63,631 nucleotides of DNA, filler included, from 13 parts of 13 records of this genome joined end to end with filler, not necessarily neighbours in it; one strand, 5' to 3'; positions 22,871-36,104 are shown, counted from the first letter of the whole stretch. The notes: generated by a model from the letters alone, not told the origin. Numbers and translations: made by a program.

Positions 22871-24116
22871 ATGCAGGCGGGGCCGCCGCTGGTGGGAACT
22901 GCCCCGCCTGCCCAGCAGGACAAGTTCGTGCTAAGTCCGCCAGCCGCGCCGGTCCCACCGTCCACCGGGCTGCTGCAGTTCCGGGCGATCTGCCAGGAGG
23001 TCGGTCTGGACAAGTCGATCCAGCGCTTTGGGCAGCTCCGCGCCTGGGACCAGCTCGGCTGGCTGCTCATTCACCAGTGCCGGCTGCGCCCAGCGGAGGC
23101 CACTGGTCTGGTCGAGGCATTCGAGGCCCTGGCGCCGTGCCTGGATCCAGAGGAGGGCCGGTGGGTCCGGCAGCTGACCTTGTTCAACAGCTGCAGTGCT
23201 GAGAACGCGCCAGCGGTGGCGGAGGCTATCGGCGTTCTCTGCCGGAATAAATTCCAAATCGAGCACCTTGAGTACATACAAAACCACTGCGCCGGGCCGG
23301 TCCCCCAGCCCCGCTGCACTGGGCTGATGTGAGAGTACAGGCGGTGGGGCCGATTGGGCTCGCGCTTAAAGCAAACCACCGGCTGCAGCGGCTTAACCTT
23401 AGCTACAACCCGCTCGGGGACGAGGGAGTCCGGGTGCTAGTGGACGGACTCCGCTGGAACGGCGCACTGGCGGCTCTGGAGCTGGTCAGTGGCCCGAATG
23501 AGGCTGTCAGACTGACGGGTAGGTGTGCTGTGGGTTTGGTGCTGTGGGACTGCGCGAGCTGGCCGATCAGCTGCTGAGCAACGGCTACTCGGCGCTGACC
23601 GAACTGGACCTCAAAGGCAACCACGACCTCTCGTCTGAGCGGGAGGTGCGCTGTGGCCTGCCTTTTTGTGGATCCGGCCGCAGGGAATTGAGGCGATTGT
23701 GAGGTCGTTGCATCAGAATCGGCGGCTAGAGAAGCTCCGGCTGGGTGGGCCGGCCGCACGGCTGGCGGTTACTCGGGCGGGCAGCCGATACCAATTTAGT
23801 GATCGGGGCGAAGTCGTCTGCGCGGAGAGCGAGCATGCACAGAGCGCTGATCGATCATCCCACGCTCACGACCGTCGACTTGGCGTCCAATCCTCTCGAC
23901 CCGGACGACCTGGCCATGCTGCTCGAAGTTGTGAAGGAGAACGTTCGGATGGTCCAGATGCTCATAGATAGGCCCGAGCCCGGAGCGCAGCATGAAAGCA
24001 TGGTCGACCGCAGCCCGGGCGTGGGAGAGGTGCACGACTTGATCATCGAGAGGTGTGAGCTGAACGAGGCGAATCAGACGCGCATGAAGAAGAGCGGCGC
24101 GAAAAAGAAGCGGTGA
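22871..24116 (+). CDS. Leucine-rich repeat protein (RNI-like), 5 exons
   Basis: LQRLNLSYNPLGDEGV, LTELDLKGN, LEKLRL, LTTVDLASNPL; introns 23300..23340 and three more of 38-40 nt; ends KKKR-TGA. Confidence 0.8.
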
Positions 24117-24263
24117 GGCGCACGCAATAGTAGCTACAGTCCGACAAGCTAGAGACCAACTGCNNNNNNNNNNNNNNNNNNNNNNNNNNNNNNNNNNNNN
24201 NNNNNNNTTAATTAATTAANNNNNNNNNNNNNNNNNNNNNNNNNNNNNNNNNNNNNNNNNNNN

Positions 24264-24897
24264 AATGCAGCCAGTGCGAGCCAAAACACCTCAAGGTCTT
24301 CGATCTCGAAGCTGTGAAGCTCGAGTTTGATCTGTTCGAGCCCAGTGAGCCCCTCAAACGCGCTACTCATGGATTCTATCAGGGTGTAATCATCCTCCCC
24401 ATCGCTTTCAGATTCTCCGCTGCCTTCACTTGGCGCCCCTTGCTGCTTAGCGGCCTCTTCACCGGGTGCTGCTTGTGGGCCCTTGCCATCATTGTCTTCT
24501 TCAGATTCGTTCGCATAGAGCGGATGCCATTTATAGGGCCTTTAATGAGCTTACCGTCCCGTCACCGTTTTCATCGAGGCATTCTATGAGCTCCACTACC
24601 ACCTCCGGTGTAGCACCTAGCCCCCGGGCAGCCTCAGAAAGCTCGTGTATTCCTATGAGCCCATCGCTGTTTCGCCCAGCCTTCTGGAGTAAATCGCCCA
24701 GTGGACTCGATGAGACGACGGTGCGTTGGGGGGGGGGGCTTCGCGTTGTCTGGCAATTTCGCTGCAGCCGCGGTCTGCTTCCCACCTGGATTCGGCAGCG
24801 CTGCCTCTTTTGCCACAACCGGCGCTGCCTCTTCTGCTGCTGCTGCTGCTGCTGGCTCTTTTGTGGCGTTTGCACATGCTGAGGCCCCGCACCCCAT
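24264..24897 (-). CDS. N-acylated (MGCGAS) EF-hand-containing protein, partial; exon structure uncertain
   Basis: MGCGAS myristoylation/palmitoylation start and Ala-rich linker. EF-hand-like NSDGLIGIHEL and DENGDGTV lie in another frame beyond a G homopolymer (about 24728-24738). Confidence 0.4.
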
Positions 24898-25001
24898 TCA
24901 GGATCAGACACTGGCCGTTTCCGTTGTGCTCTCTGCCGTTTGATCGAAGAGCTCCGAAACCTTCTGGAACACGCTGCGGGAAGCGCTTGATACAATTGTA
25001 G

Positions 25002-26524
25002 ATGGCGGCCGACGAGGAGGAGGTCAGCGACGCGGATGTGAGCCTGGGCCGGCCGGGCGCCCCGCTGACCGACCGCAGCTGATTTGCGAGGCCTACAAGG
25101 TCGAACTCCGCAAGCTGTTTAACAGGGAGGGCCCCACCTTCGAGGCGATGAAGGCGCCCGCTCTATGCCGGCTGCGGCCGAGCCCCGGGCAGGAGCACAA
25201 GCTGTGGCGGCTGGTCTCGTCCGAGTTGACCGTCCCGCCCGACAACTATCCCTCCCGGGAGTGCCCCACGCACACCGAGTGCCCGCTGGCCAGACTTGAA
25301 CCGGAGGCGGCCAAATTCTCACGAAATAGCATCACCGACCGAGGGTTTGCGGTGCCCGCCCGGCCGAGCCTGCGCCCAACCCGAGGCAGGTGATACCCAA
25401 GGACCAGATCCGTTACTCGGCCGAGCCGAACTTGCCGTTGCTGGCTGAGCAGATGCAGCGGATCAAGCGGTACGGGTACCCGCCGGTGTTTCTGTTCATG
25501 TATGACGAGTTCTGGACGCTGATCGCCCAGCTCTTCGACGTAATGGAGACGTTCCTCGGTCGGCCTCCCCCGCGTGGCCGAGCTGAACCGTCTGCGCAGG
25601 CAAGGACTGCAGGCTGGAGGCCTCGGTCTACGGATGGGCTCTAGAGAGCAACAGCGGATGCGGCCGCACTGTCAACGGTGCCCCAACGGACTTGCTCTTG
25701 TAAGCGGGGCCAGGCAACTTCTCGTTGCCGCACCGGGACTACGCTTGCTCCGATTGCAACTTTGATGACGGCGAGCCGTTTATCCTCACTTGCTGGGTCC
25801 CGATCACTGATGCCACTCTGGACAACGGTGCTCGGCCAGCCGCTGGACCTGACAGCTGGCAGGCTGCATGCACGTGCTACCCAAGGAGAGCGACGTGCTG
25901 TTTGACAGGGAAGAGCACCCGCGGCACATGTGTGCGGCATACCAGCGCGGGGCAATGATTCGACCCGACGGTGAGGTCGATGAGGTGGGTCGGTGCTTCT
26001 CGCCCAGAACTGAATGCCGGCCAGCTCGCGCCGTGTGCCACACAGCTCAACTTTCCGCACGACGCGTCTCGGCCTCTGCCGGCCAAAGCAGGATCGATGG
26101 TCCTCTGGCAAGGGAACTTGATCCACTGGGGCAGCAGGTAGGCCAGCCTGGGCATCCTGTGGCTGAGAGCGCAGCAGGTGCAGTCCAATGGCCCCGGAGC
26201 CGCGCTGCTCGATCGCGATGAGCTTCAGAGTGTCGCCCAAGGTCAAGCCGCTCGCAGACTCTGAGCTCACCATCTGCGGCCGGCCTCCGATGAGGAAGGC
26301 TGAGGTACGTTAGGTTGGGTGCAGGCGCTGAGCGGGTGCGCTAGGTGCTGTCTCTGAGCATGGGCGACCGGTTGAGCATGATAGCCAAGAGCCTGATCAT
26401 GTACGCGCACTGGTTCCCGACCTTCCTCGGGTTCGATTCGACGCTGCTCGAGGTCGAGCTGACTGAAGTGCTTGGGCTCGATGACGAAGACGAGGATCAA
26501 GACAAGTCACTTAACCAAGCCTAA
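25002..26524 (+). CDS. Phytanoyl-CoA dioxygenase (PhyH)-like Fe(II)/2OG oxygenase, multi-exon
   Basis: After splicing short introns: PHRD (HxD), CWVPITDATLDNG-CMHVLP, AGSMVLWQGNLIHWGS, PRCSIAMSF. Confidence 0.75.
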
Positions 26525-27956
26525 CCTCATGGCTGCTACGCATAAACCACAATAATCAACCACCCTCCAGAGGCGCGCCATGGATAGATTGAGACTACCG
26601 GTAACAGCATGGGTGACTGACTAAATATTAATTAAATAGATAATCTGATTGTAAGAATTAGATTCTTAATGCAGTTCTACAGCAGCAGGCCCGGAACGAC
26701 CCTAGCACAGATGCGTGGATAAGAGACACTAGTCCTTTATCAGCCTTTATCAAACAATCATGCGCGCTCGTGTACTCGTCGCCGTCGTTACGCCGTCGTC
26801 GGGTCGTCGGGGTCAGCCGGTCAGCCTAGGTCAGCCGTACGCGTCAGCCAGTCTGACAGCATGCCGGTCGGCCAGCTGCAGGTGGCCGAGGGCTGATCGT
26901 TGAGGTTCCGTGTCGACCACGGTGGCGGGCACCGTGCTGAGTCGCAACCTAATATCTGGGTTGTCCTGTGGATGTGATCGCTGGAGCGCGATCAAGTAAA
27001 CTCTGAATCGGACTCCATGCTGATAGCACATGCTGACAACGGCGCCCATCGATCCACAAGGCTCTTGTAATGATCCCTGTTCGTAGCAAGTTCTTTCATG
27101 TTAGCGAGCATTCTGTTCTTGTATCTGAAATAGCAGTGGCCCAACGCCAAGAATCCACGTCTCAGATGATTATCAGAATCTGATGATCACTAAGTCTTGT
27201 TGTGCTCTCAGCATGCATATGGCTCTCAGTCGTCTATCAGTCGTCTTTTTCAGAGCAATGTCAGCAATCGTTGTGTGGTCTGGACAACGCATCGGTTAGC
27301 TCGCACGATGTCATGCGACAGCTGGTGCTGCGTCATGTGAACCGACTGGTTCGGATCGTTCGGATGTTTCGATCTATCTAAATAGCTAAATACTGACAGC
27401 GCCGCTGACTGACCGCCACAACGTGCTCTCACAGGAGGCGGCTCACGTCGCCAACATGCTCCGCGAGCTACCGAACGTCGTCGTGCTACGGGAGACTGGA
27501 CCGACNNNNNNNNNNNNNNNNNNNNNNNNNNNNNNNNNNNNNNNNNNNNTTAATTAATTAANNNNNNNNNNNNNNNNNNNNNNNNNNNNNNNNNNNNNNN
27601 NNNNNATTGCACCTGACATACACTCTATCCATGGTTGCCGGCCTGTTGGCCCGACAAGGGGTGACTGGAGCTAGAACCCCACAGCTTTATTACATTATGA
27701 TTACATAGCTTTACAATTGGCTTTAGGTTGGACCCTTTTTAATGCAACTAAATCTATAGGCAAACTAGCCTTCACTCGGTGCTAGCAATTGTTGATCGCG
27801 TAATAATTTGTCCTGTCCGTCTTCACGGACAACACGAGCACAAGAATATGAACAGTGAAATGGCCAAACAAGTTCAAACAAGTCAAAGTCGAGCTGATAG
27901 ATTTGATTACAAGAGCGTCGGCGGCAGCGCCTCTCGGCTGATGGCTCACTCGGGTC

Positions 27957-29991
27957 TCAGATGCAATCGTACAAGAACAAGTGGTCGCCCGCGGCCATCG
28001 CAACTAAGCTCTTCTGCGGGTGCCACGTGCAATGCAGCACCTTCTTCGAAAAGTCTATTGTCTGTACGGGCGTCCCGGCCTCGTTCTTCTTGCTGGCCGC
28101 AGTCCCAGTCCTCGAGAACGTGGTCGGCTGCTTGGGCGAGGAGAGCGAGGCCTGGCCCCAGTCAACGGCAAGCGGTTGGGGATTAACGAGACCTCGAGGC
28201 ACGTCTCGGTCCGACCCAGCCTGTCGTATATCTGGAACATGTTGGAGTAGCTCCCAGTTACTATGTGCGAAGCGTCGTGCGAGAACGCGCATTCAAACTT
28301 TTCAAAGTCGAGGCAGTCGTCCTCGTATAAATGCCGCAGCCGCGTCCTCAGCCGACCGTGCACCTGATAGTTATGGTTAATTGATCGCCATTTGATGAGC
28401 TGATAGTCGCCTGGATTGTCTTGAGCGGTTTACTCTCCATGTTAATGTCCCACACCTGCCGATTATTAATTAATAATGAATTAATTAATTAATTAATAAT
28501 CATGCCTTGAGCGTGAGAAAATCTCGTGACAGCAAGTATCGACCGCAATTTGAAAACTTGACATCCGACATGGCCGAGGGCGGGAGCACCTGCAGCCAGT
28601 TACCGGCACTAACTGCACAGTTAGCTCACCTCCGCGAACATCTGGTTGTTGAGGCAGTTCCGTTGCTCAAAGAACTCGCGAGCGCAGTTTGTTTCACACC
28701 TGCCGCCGAAATTCAGCCGAATTCGATTCGAAATTAGGCACATGGACGACATTCGCATATCGTTCATCCTAATTTGGCCGGAGCTGCCCCAACGCTCAGC
28801 CCTGCGGTTGGCCCAACGGACGGACCTGTTGCTGTGGATCATAAGGCTGCAGTGCGACGGGTGAAACTCGGCACATGTAATCACCTGAACACTCGCATCA
28901 GCTGCCACGCACAGCCTTCAAACAAACCTCGACATAGCCGTCGGCCTCGGGCGGCTTGAGGTCCATCACGTTGTAGCACCTGGAACCACTCAACCCACCC
29001 CACCCACAATCCGTTACTCGTCGCTCCGGCCGAGATTCCACATGTTTATTCGAAGCTCGTCGGCCGAAATAAACGTCTCGCCGTCGCTGCAGACCGAGAG
29101 CGAGTTGATGTGGTAGGTGTGCCCGTTGGCGAACTCGCGCCGCTTCTTGGCCGAGACCACCGTCTCGCACGGCTGTACGAGCGGCATCCTGAGCGAGCTC
29201 GAGCTGGTAATGTTCGCAGGAGCCAGCTGCGGAGCAAAGCTCGACACGCGGCTGTTGTTCGGCGGAAAGTTGAGCGAAGTGACCTGACCAAACAGTTACC
29301 CCCCCGCCCCCCCGGCCCGGGCGCCTTCTTCACCCGCTCCTCTCCGAATTTCCACAGCTTAATCACTTTGTCTGCAGCGAATCGTCAGCCAGAGCACTCT
29401 GCACTATAGTCGGACCGTTCGTGCTCAGAAGAAACTGGCCGCCGCTGTGCGGGGTGAGCCACTTGACCTGTGGCCCGGCTGGCCCCCGTTGTGGGGGGTG
29501 TGGGTTGCCTTATTTATGCGCTCCTCGATTCCGAGGCTGAGCAGGTAATCGAATTCGGGTTCGTGCGACTGGAACTGGGTGTACTGACCGACACTCACCG
29601 CCCGGTGTCGACCGGCCCAGGCACACCTTCCGGTATATCGGCGTGTCCCCCCCCGTCCGGCCGCCCTTGGGCGTGCTCGCTCGCCCATCGCGAGACAGCT
29701 ACCCCCCGCCCGGTCAGCCGCCCAGCCGCCCGGCGGGCTCACCCGGCCATTAGCCGCCCCGGCGTTGGCCGTTTTGTACACGCAGACCCGGCCGCTGATG
29801 TCGCCGGTGGCGAGGAACTGGCCCGAGCCGTCGAACTCTAGCGCGGAGATGTTGTTGACTACCCCCCGCCCGGTTAGCCCCCGCCTGCACTCTACTGGGG
29901 ACGGACCGAAACCCTCCTCGGCTTGCGGGCTGTCCGGCTTGTTGTGGAAGACGTGGTGCAAGCCCCAGTAGAGCCGGTGCTGGGCGGTCAT
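27957..29991 (-). CDS. Protein phosphatase 2A regulatory subunit B (B55/PR55, WD40), many introns
   Basis: [92 protein letters not shown]. Confidence 0.93.
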
Positions 29992-30281
29992 CGATCACCA
30001 GCCGAGCCGAGCCGCGGCGTCGCTGGCCAAGCCGCTCCAGACCATGAACGAATTCGTCTTATCTTCCGTTGCTCGCCGATCAAAAGCTTTGCAGTCAGCT
30101 GACCTAGACCGACTAAGACCGTATGAGCATGCGGCAGAGTAGCGGCAGTCTCGAGCTGAAGTAGGAGCGTGTAAACTTACTAAACTACGTTCTAAAGTAT
30201 TTGATAGCAACGACAGTATCAGTCTCGTTTAGTGAACATAGTATGACCAGCGGCATGATTCGCGTGCAGCTCTGGTGCAGC

Positions 30282-30730
30282 TCACGACTTGGACTCCCGG
30301 GCCGTCTGCACGCTCAGCCGGATCTGGTCGGCCGGCACTCCCAGTTGGCTGGCAAGTTGCTCCACAAATTCCATCTGTGCGATCGGACTCATCGCTGGCT
30401 CCGCGGCCCGCAGCTCCGCCCCGGCCTGCAGCTCCTGCCCGACAACCATCAACCACTCATCGCGGCCTAGAGCCCACCGACGCCAGCTCGGCCTCCAGCC
30501 GGCAATCCTCCGTGTCGGCCACACCAAACACGTGATTCCGCCAGCCTGCCCCCCCCCCCGCTCCGACCCGCGCACCCCTCCCAGCGGACCGGCGACGTCT
30601 TCACACTCCCTCGGCGGCCGGGGTAGCGGATCGGCGGTGGCCAGTAGCCCGCGGGCCGGGTCGCCGCACCGGATCGGCCGCGGGTCGGGCGGGGCCCCCC
30701 GCACCTCCCGCCTGCCCCGGCTCCCCTCCC
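30282..30730 (-). CDS. 3' fragment of hypothetical protein
   Basis: Coding-like FVEQLASQLGVPADQIRLSV stretch; truncated by linker. Confidence 0.3.
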
Positions 30731-30830
30731 NNNNNNNNNNNNNNNNNNNNNNNNNNNNNNNNNNNNNNNNNNNNTTAATTAATTAANNNNNNNNNNNNNN
30801 NNNNNNNNNNNNNNNNNNNNNNNNNNNNNN

Positions 30831-31780
30831 GCAGGGAGCGTTGCTGGTCGAGGCTAAAGAGCGGCCAGAGTATTCGCTCGATTGGAAGGCCAAGTTATCA
30901 CAACTCTTTGTGCCGGAGCGGCGCAGGCTGACCATCACATTGGGTGTGCTCTACTTTTTCCTACAGTGGAGCGAAATCTCTTTAAACACGTGACCCCGTT
31001 CACCAATCCTTATGAATTGAGCCGTTGCCAGGTGGGTGAACGAGTATTTTAGGCGGGACGGCCACAAGGAGCTCTCACAGCCTGCGTACTTCACACGCTT
31101 TGGTGCAAGTGCCCTGGCGGTGCTTGTCAGCTTGCCGTTAGTCGATCTGAAAAGCGTCGGACGCCGCTGGCTGTTACCTCCAGGGTTCGCAATGGCTGCA
31201 GGTGACTGGCCGTGGTCAGCTGAGTGGCATGCTGATCATTTGGTCCAGTTGGCACGTTTGGGATTATTTACTGGGGCGACGGAAGGCTGGTCGGAAATGG
31301 GCTTTACGGGTTTGGAGGGGAGCTCTGCTGGGTTGCAATCATGACTCTCATCCCGGAAGTGTACCCAGTCCATCTTCGCGGCTTTGCATCAGGGTGAGCT
31401 GCCTGGCTGGGCTCTATCTAGAGCCAAGACTTTATTCTAACGATTTGTTCCGCTGCAGTGTGTTGACGGCCTTCGGCATGTCTGGAGCCGTGCTTGGAGC
31501 TATAATCTCAGGGGTGCTACTCTCTGTGGCCATTGAGCTGCCACTTATTGTCTGTGGCGTCATCTATGCCATGGCGGCAATCGTCTCGCTTACCATAAAG
31601 GTCGAGACAGCAGGAAAGCCCATCGACTCCAAAGTGGTGATCTGCAACGAGGCAACTTCCATCTTTGATCAAAGAATAGCAGAGGCAGCCATGGAGCAAA
31701 GCGAAAGCCAAGATCAAGCAGTTAGCTTACCTGAAAGCAACAACTATCCCCAAACCAATAATTATCCAACTGTAGTTTAG
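30831..31780 (+). CDS. MFS transporter (SV2/SVOP-like), C-terminal part
   Basis: LSQLFVPERRRLT, LVDLKSVGRRWLL, PEVYPVHLR, TAFGMSGAVLGAII, IKVETAGKPID; short introns. Confidence 0.75.
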
Positions 31781-31843
31781 TTGTAGTTTACATGTAATTG
31801 TGCATAATTATTACACAGTTATCATTGAACCCACTTCAGTCAT

Positions 31844-33409
31844 TCAAGCGCGCAATCTCAGTTTTGGATTACAACATGTGATTACAGCGTGATGCGCATG
31901 AAGAGGGATAGGCATCGGTTCTGTACTCAGCTCCTCCCATTGCTCCCCTCCCTTCCAGCGCTCCACCGTCCGCAGAAATCCGCCAGCCGCATCAATATTC
32001 GTACGACCACTAGTCTCATCTAGCCCCCCCGAAGCCCAGAGCTCTCCTGCCAGTGCAGCAATCACGCCAAGCAAGCTCCTAGCGCCATACCCCCTGACGC
32101 TGCAAGACCGGCACCCATGCGCCGCTGCACCATGTCGGGAGCCCTGCGCCACCCTCCATCAGCCCAGCCGTCCGAGTCTGCAGGTCCGTCAAATCGGAAC
32201 AGCAGAACCGAGCTGCACAGGCACAGTCAAGAGTTCTCACACTAACAAAGCACCGTGGATCTGAGCATCGGCCGCCAGTGAGCACCAGCTGATCTCCAAT
32301 CACGGCGCTATTGGGAGAGGACCGCTTATCTATCAGGCTGTGCAGCTGGTTGTATCCCTTCATGGTCACCTGGTTGGGCTGGCCTGCTGTCAAAGGTGCA
32401 GGGCATGCCGTCTGCCATCCATCAGCTGGTCGAGACGGGTTGAAAGCAGCCATGGGCTGCAGTTCAGAAGACGGGTTCAGGACCACCAGCCGACCAGCCA
32501 CTGCCTCCACCTGTTGGCTCGGGCGTGAGACCCCAGTCAGATACAGAAGCCACCACACAGAAGGCGAGCGCCTGGCCCTCCACATCTCTTAGTGCCTGCA
32601 GTTCCGGTGCCCTGCCCTTATCTAAGCCCAGCCCATGCGGGCAGCCACTCAGTATCTGTGTCCTCCCACTCGCCGGATGCTACGTCCATTGACTCGAGCA
32701 ACGAGGCCCCTGGAGTGCAGTAGTTGCCCCCCACTACATACACTCTGCCATCGAGCAAGCAGCCTCCACACCCGTGCCGCCGGTGAGTCATATCTCCTAG
32801 CCGACTCCAGCTGTTGGTCAGCGCATCGAACACGACAGCGCTCTTCAGGAACCCGTCAGGCCGCAGCCCTGCCCGGTTCGGATGATCCTGGCACCCGCCT
32901 GCGAATAGCACTCTCCCAGCGCCCAGGTCCACGCAGGCGCAGTCGATTCGAACACACGGCTTGCCCTCGCCGGCCTGGCCATTGTCCAGCTGGCGCCAGC
33001 CGCCCGGATCCAGCCGGAGACAATCCGGGTAGAATCGTCTGTTAAACCCGCCAAAGTGGTAGAGCCGCTGCGGCGGTCCGAGCCAGCAGGCCACCCGCAG
33101 GCAGAGGCCGAGCTCCTCGTTGAGCCTGCTCGAGACAAACTGGCGGGCGGCCCGCAGGAGCGGGTGGCACTCCCAAGTGATGAGCTGCAACATTCGGGCC
33201 CGGTCGGCCGACCGGTCTGCCCACAGAATGTTGCGCGGCCTGACCAGCTTGGGCTTGGCGCGCGGTCTCAGCTGGATCGGGATCCGGTCGGGGGGCACGC
33301 CGGCCGGGGGTGCAACCACTCGGCCGGCCTGCAGGTTGAGCTCGGGCGAGCGCTCCAGCCCGAAAAGCCAGCAGTGGCGGCCGGCGCTGCTCATGCCGGC
33401 GGCCGACAT
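31844..33409 (-). CDS. Kelch-repeat protein
   Basis: LYHFGG, VLFAGG..VFDALTNSWSRLGDMTHRRHGCGGCLLDGRVYVVGG, LVLTGG, LWASGG..VERW..W..MP. Confidence 0.8.
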
Positions 33410-33532
33410 CCGGGTCTCGTGTGGTCGGGATAACGGACGCTTGAGAACGCTTCACCGGCCGTGAGACACCGGCGGGTTCAAAACGAGCGAGCCCGCGCGG
33501 TGAGTAGGCTAGGACCTCCGCCCCGGTGCAGG

Positions 33533-34967
33533 ATGTCCAAGCCGCTCGAGGAGTCCGATGAGGCGCTGCTGGACCCCGAAGATGGGCTGGAGCGCACCGA
33601 GCAGCAGGGAGCGCCGCAGGAGGGCGGAGTGCTGGCGACCACGCTGCTGCTGGCCTCGAGCGGGATGGGCAGTGGGATGCTGGCGCTGCCGTATGCTGTC
33701 AAAACCGCGGGCAGCCCGATCACGGCGCTGGTGATCCTGTTGGTTGGGTTCGGACTGTCGAGCGTCTCCACTATGCTGATTTTGCTTGGGTCGGCCCGGC
33801 TAAACTGCGGCACATACGGCAAGCTGATCACCACCGCGCTGAAGCAAGAAGTCGCAGTGTTCGGGCTACCGCTGATCGACGGGCTGTTCTTTGTTTACCT
33901 GCTGGCGTGCAACATCTCTTTCCTAGTGTTTTTGGGGGACTTCATACCCTCGCTGGCCCGAACGATGGGCTTGCACTATGACATCCGCACGATTGCTATC
34001 TTCTTCTGCGGAGTCGTGGTGATCGGCCCACTCACCACCGCTAACCAGATGAACTTTGTGAGCTACGTGGCTGGTGGCGGCGTCTTGGCGGTCCGATTGC
34101 CCGTGGAGCGGCTGAGCCGGCCGCAGGTGTTTTTTACTACAGTGGTGGTTGTGTATAAGAGCATCGACTTGATGGAGGCGCACAGTGCAGCGGTGGCGGA
34201 CAGCTGGACATCCGCCCCAGAGATCACCTGGAGCTCGTTGGGATCGATTGGGATATTCGTATTCGCGTTCTGCATCGGCTCAAATGTCAGCTGCTTGAGT
34301 GCTCCCAGCCTGCTAGCCCGTGGTTGGACAGGTCCCGCCGATCGCTGTTGAGATGAAAAACCCGAGCGTGACAAACACGGCGGTGGCGGCAGTGCTGTCC
34401 AATGGCATTATGGGCCTGGTGTACGGGGCGATTGGAGTTTGTGGCTACCTGAGCTTCCTCACCAGCGATCACTTTGTGAGTGCCTTAGCACTCGGGCTAC
34501 TGTACTGACAGTAATGACAGCAAAGCGACTTCATTAAGAATTACCCGGACCACGATACACTGATGATCATAAGCCGCACACTGCTTAGTCTGACCATCCT
34601 GAGTGTGTCCGTCCTGAACTTCCTCCCTGCGATGAAGTCGCTCTATGCGGTGCTCGCCCCGACGCCGTATGCGGACTTGCACACCAAGTTACTGCCTCGG
34701 ACCCTACTTACAATGTCCCTCGCGGCCGCTTGTTCCGGAGTTGCTGTCGTTGTCACTGACATTGGCCCATTCATTGGATGGATGGGTGCAATTTTAGGAG
34801 CACCGGAGCTAATACTTGCGCCAGCGGTGCTAGTGGCGACCGGTTATGTAGGCTCCGCGTATGAGACCGACACCAAGCCTGGGCCTTGTACGACGAACTG
34901 GACGATAGCTGCCACCGTCATACTCCTCGTTTTTCTGTGGATCACTGCAGTAGCGAGCAATTTTTAG
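33533..34967 (+). CDS. Amino acid transporter (Aa_trans / SLC38-AVT-like)
   Basis: N-terminal acidic dileucine, ASSGMGSGMLALPYA, about 11 hydrophobic helices, IFVFAF, GVCGYLSF, WMGAILG; 3 short introns. Confidence 0.85.
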
Positions 34968-34993
34968 TAGCTTAAATACGACATGTGGTACGC

Positions 34994-36058
34994 TTAAGCA
35001 CTACTCGTTGGTATTACGTCGGTATGCATCGGTAGAATCTCTCTAATTCTCATTCGGCATATGGGGCAGCCTCGCTCTCGCGCATCTCGAATCCGCTCTA
35101 AGCACCCCCTGCAGCAAGCTGCGTGTCCGCAGGGAGAGCACACAGCGTCCACCGTCGCCGTCATGCAAACCGCGCACACCATCCGCTCCGCTGCTTTGAA
35201 CACATTCTGTGGGCCTTGCCGGTGGGCCCGAAGCAATTCCTTGATCTGAACGGATTTCTCGGCTGCTGCAGCTGCTAGATTCGCATCACCGGCCAGCGCA
35301 GCGGCCTCATCAACGCTGTAGTCTCTGAAGTCTGAGAACACACCTTCGTCGGGGTCGAACAAAAGGTCATCGGTCTCATCGGCTGCCTCCTTGCTCGATA
35401 CTGTTATCAGTGCACTGCCGTCGTGATCCCGCGCACCGCGCTGTACAAGCCAGACCACCGCATCGTAGTGCCCGCAATGCGCCGCCAGATATAGCGCAGT
35501 GCGGCCGAGCAAACCTTGGCTCAGCGGCTCGGGCTGGTCCAGCAGCCCTGGACACTCTGCCACCATCCGCTCTAGGGCGGGCAGATCCCCGCGCCGGGCC
35601 GCCATCCACACTGTATCCTCCACCTCTTGCACTGGACCATTCGCTGCCTTCGACTCTCGCAGGCTGCAGCACCACGCGAGTACCAGCACCCCAACGGTGG
35701 CCACCCAGCCGCACCAGCCGGCCGATTGAGCCACCCCCAAGGTCGCCCGCCAGCCCAGCCAGCCGGCCACGAGCCCAGCCAGCACCAGCGCCAGGTGGAC
35801 ACCCCAGGCGGCTGGCTGAGCGCGCAGGTCCTGCAAGGGTGTGCCCATTTGCAGGAAGCCGCCCTCGATCTGGGCTGTGTAGGTGCCGTCCACGTCCCGG
35901 CTGCGTAGCTGCGCCGGATACCACAGCCCGTCCCACCGCCAGCGCGCCAGGCAGCCGCCAGCCCGGCCGTTGGAACTCGTCTGGCCCAGCGCCCCGTCGG
36001 ATGGCCGCCAGGTGTGCAGCGTGGCGGCCACTAGCCGCAGCCGCAGCCTGCTGGCCAT
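34994..36058 (-). CDS. Membrane-anchored ankyrin plus C3HC4 RING E3 ligase with N-terminal Tudor-like segment
   Basis: CLARWRWDGLWYPAQL..DGTY (Tudor-like), two TM helices, AARRGDL..GRTALYLAAHCGHYDAVVWLVQRGA (ANK), CAVC..PCGHAACCRGC..CPICR (RING). Confidence 0.8.
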   Translation of the reverse strand: MASRLRLRLVAATLHTWRPSDGALGQTSSNGRAGGCLARWRWDGLWYPAQLRSRDVDGTYTAQIEGGFLQMGTPLQDLRAQPAAWGVHLALVLAGLVAGWLGWRATLGVAQSAGWCGWVATVGVLVLAWCCSLRESKAANGPVQEVEDTVWMAARRGDLPALERMVAECPGLLDQPEPLSQGLLGRTALYLAAHCGHYDAVVWLVQRGARDHDGSALITVSSKEAADETDDLLFDPDEGVFSDFRDYSVDEAAALAGDANLAAAAAEKSVQIKELLRAHRQGPQNVFKAAERMVCAVCMTATVDAVCSPCGHAACCRGCLERIRDARERGCPICRMRIREILPMHTDVIPTSSA

Positions 36059-36104
36059 GGCAAAGTCCGTTACTGGAGGACGGCGAGCGTCGGAGGCGGA
36101 GACC

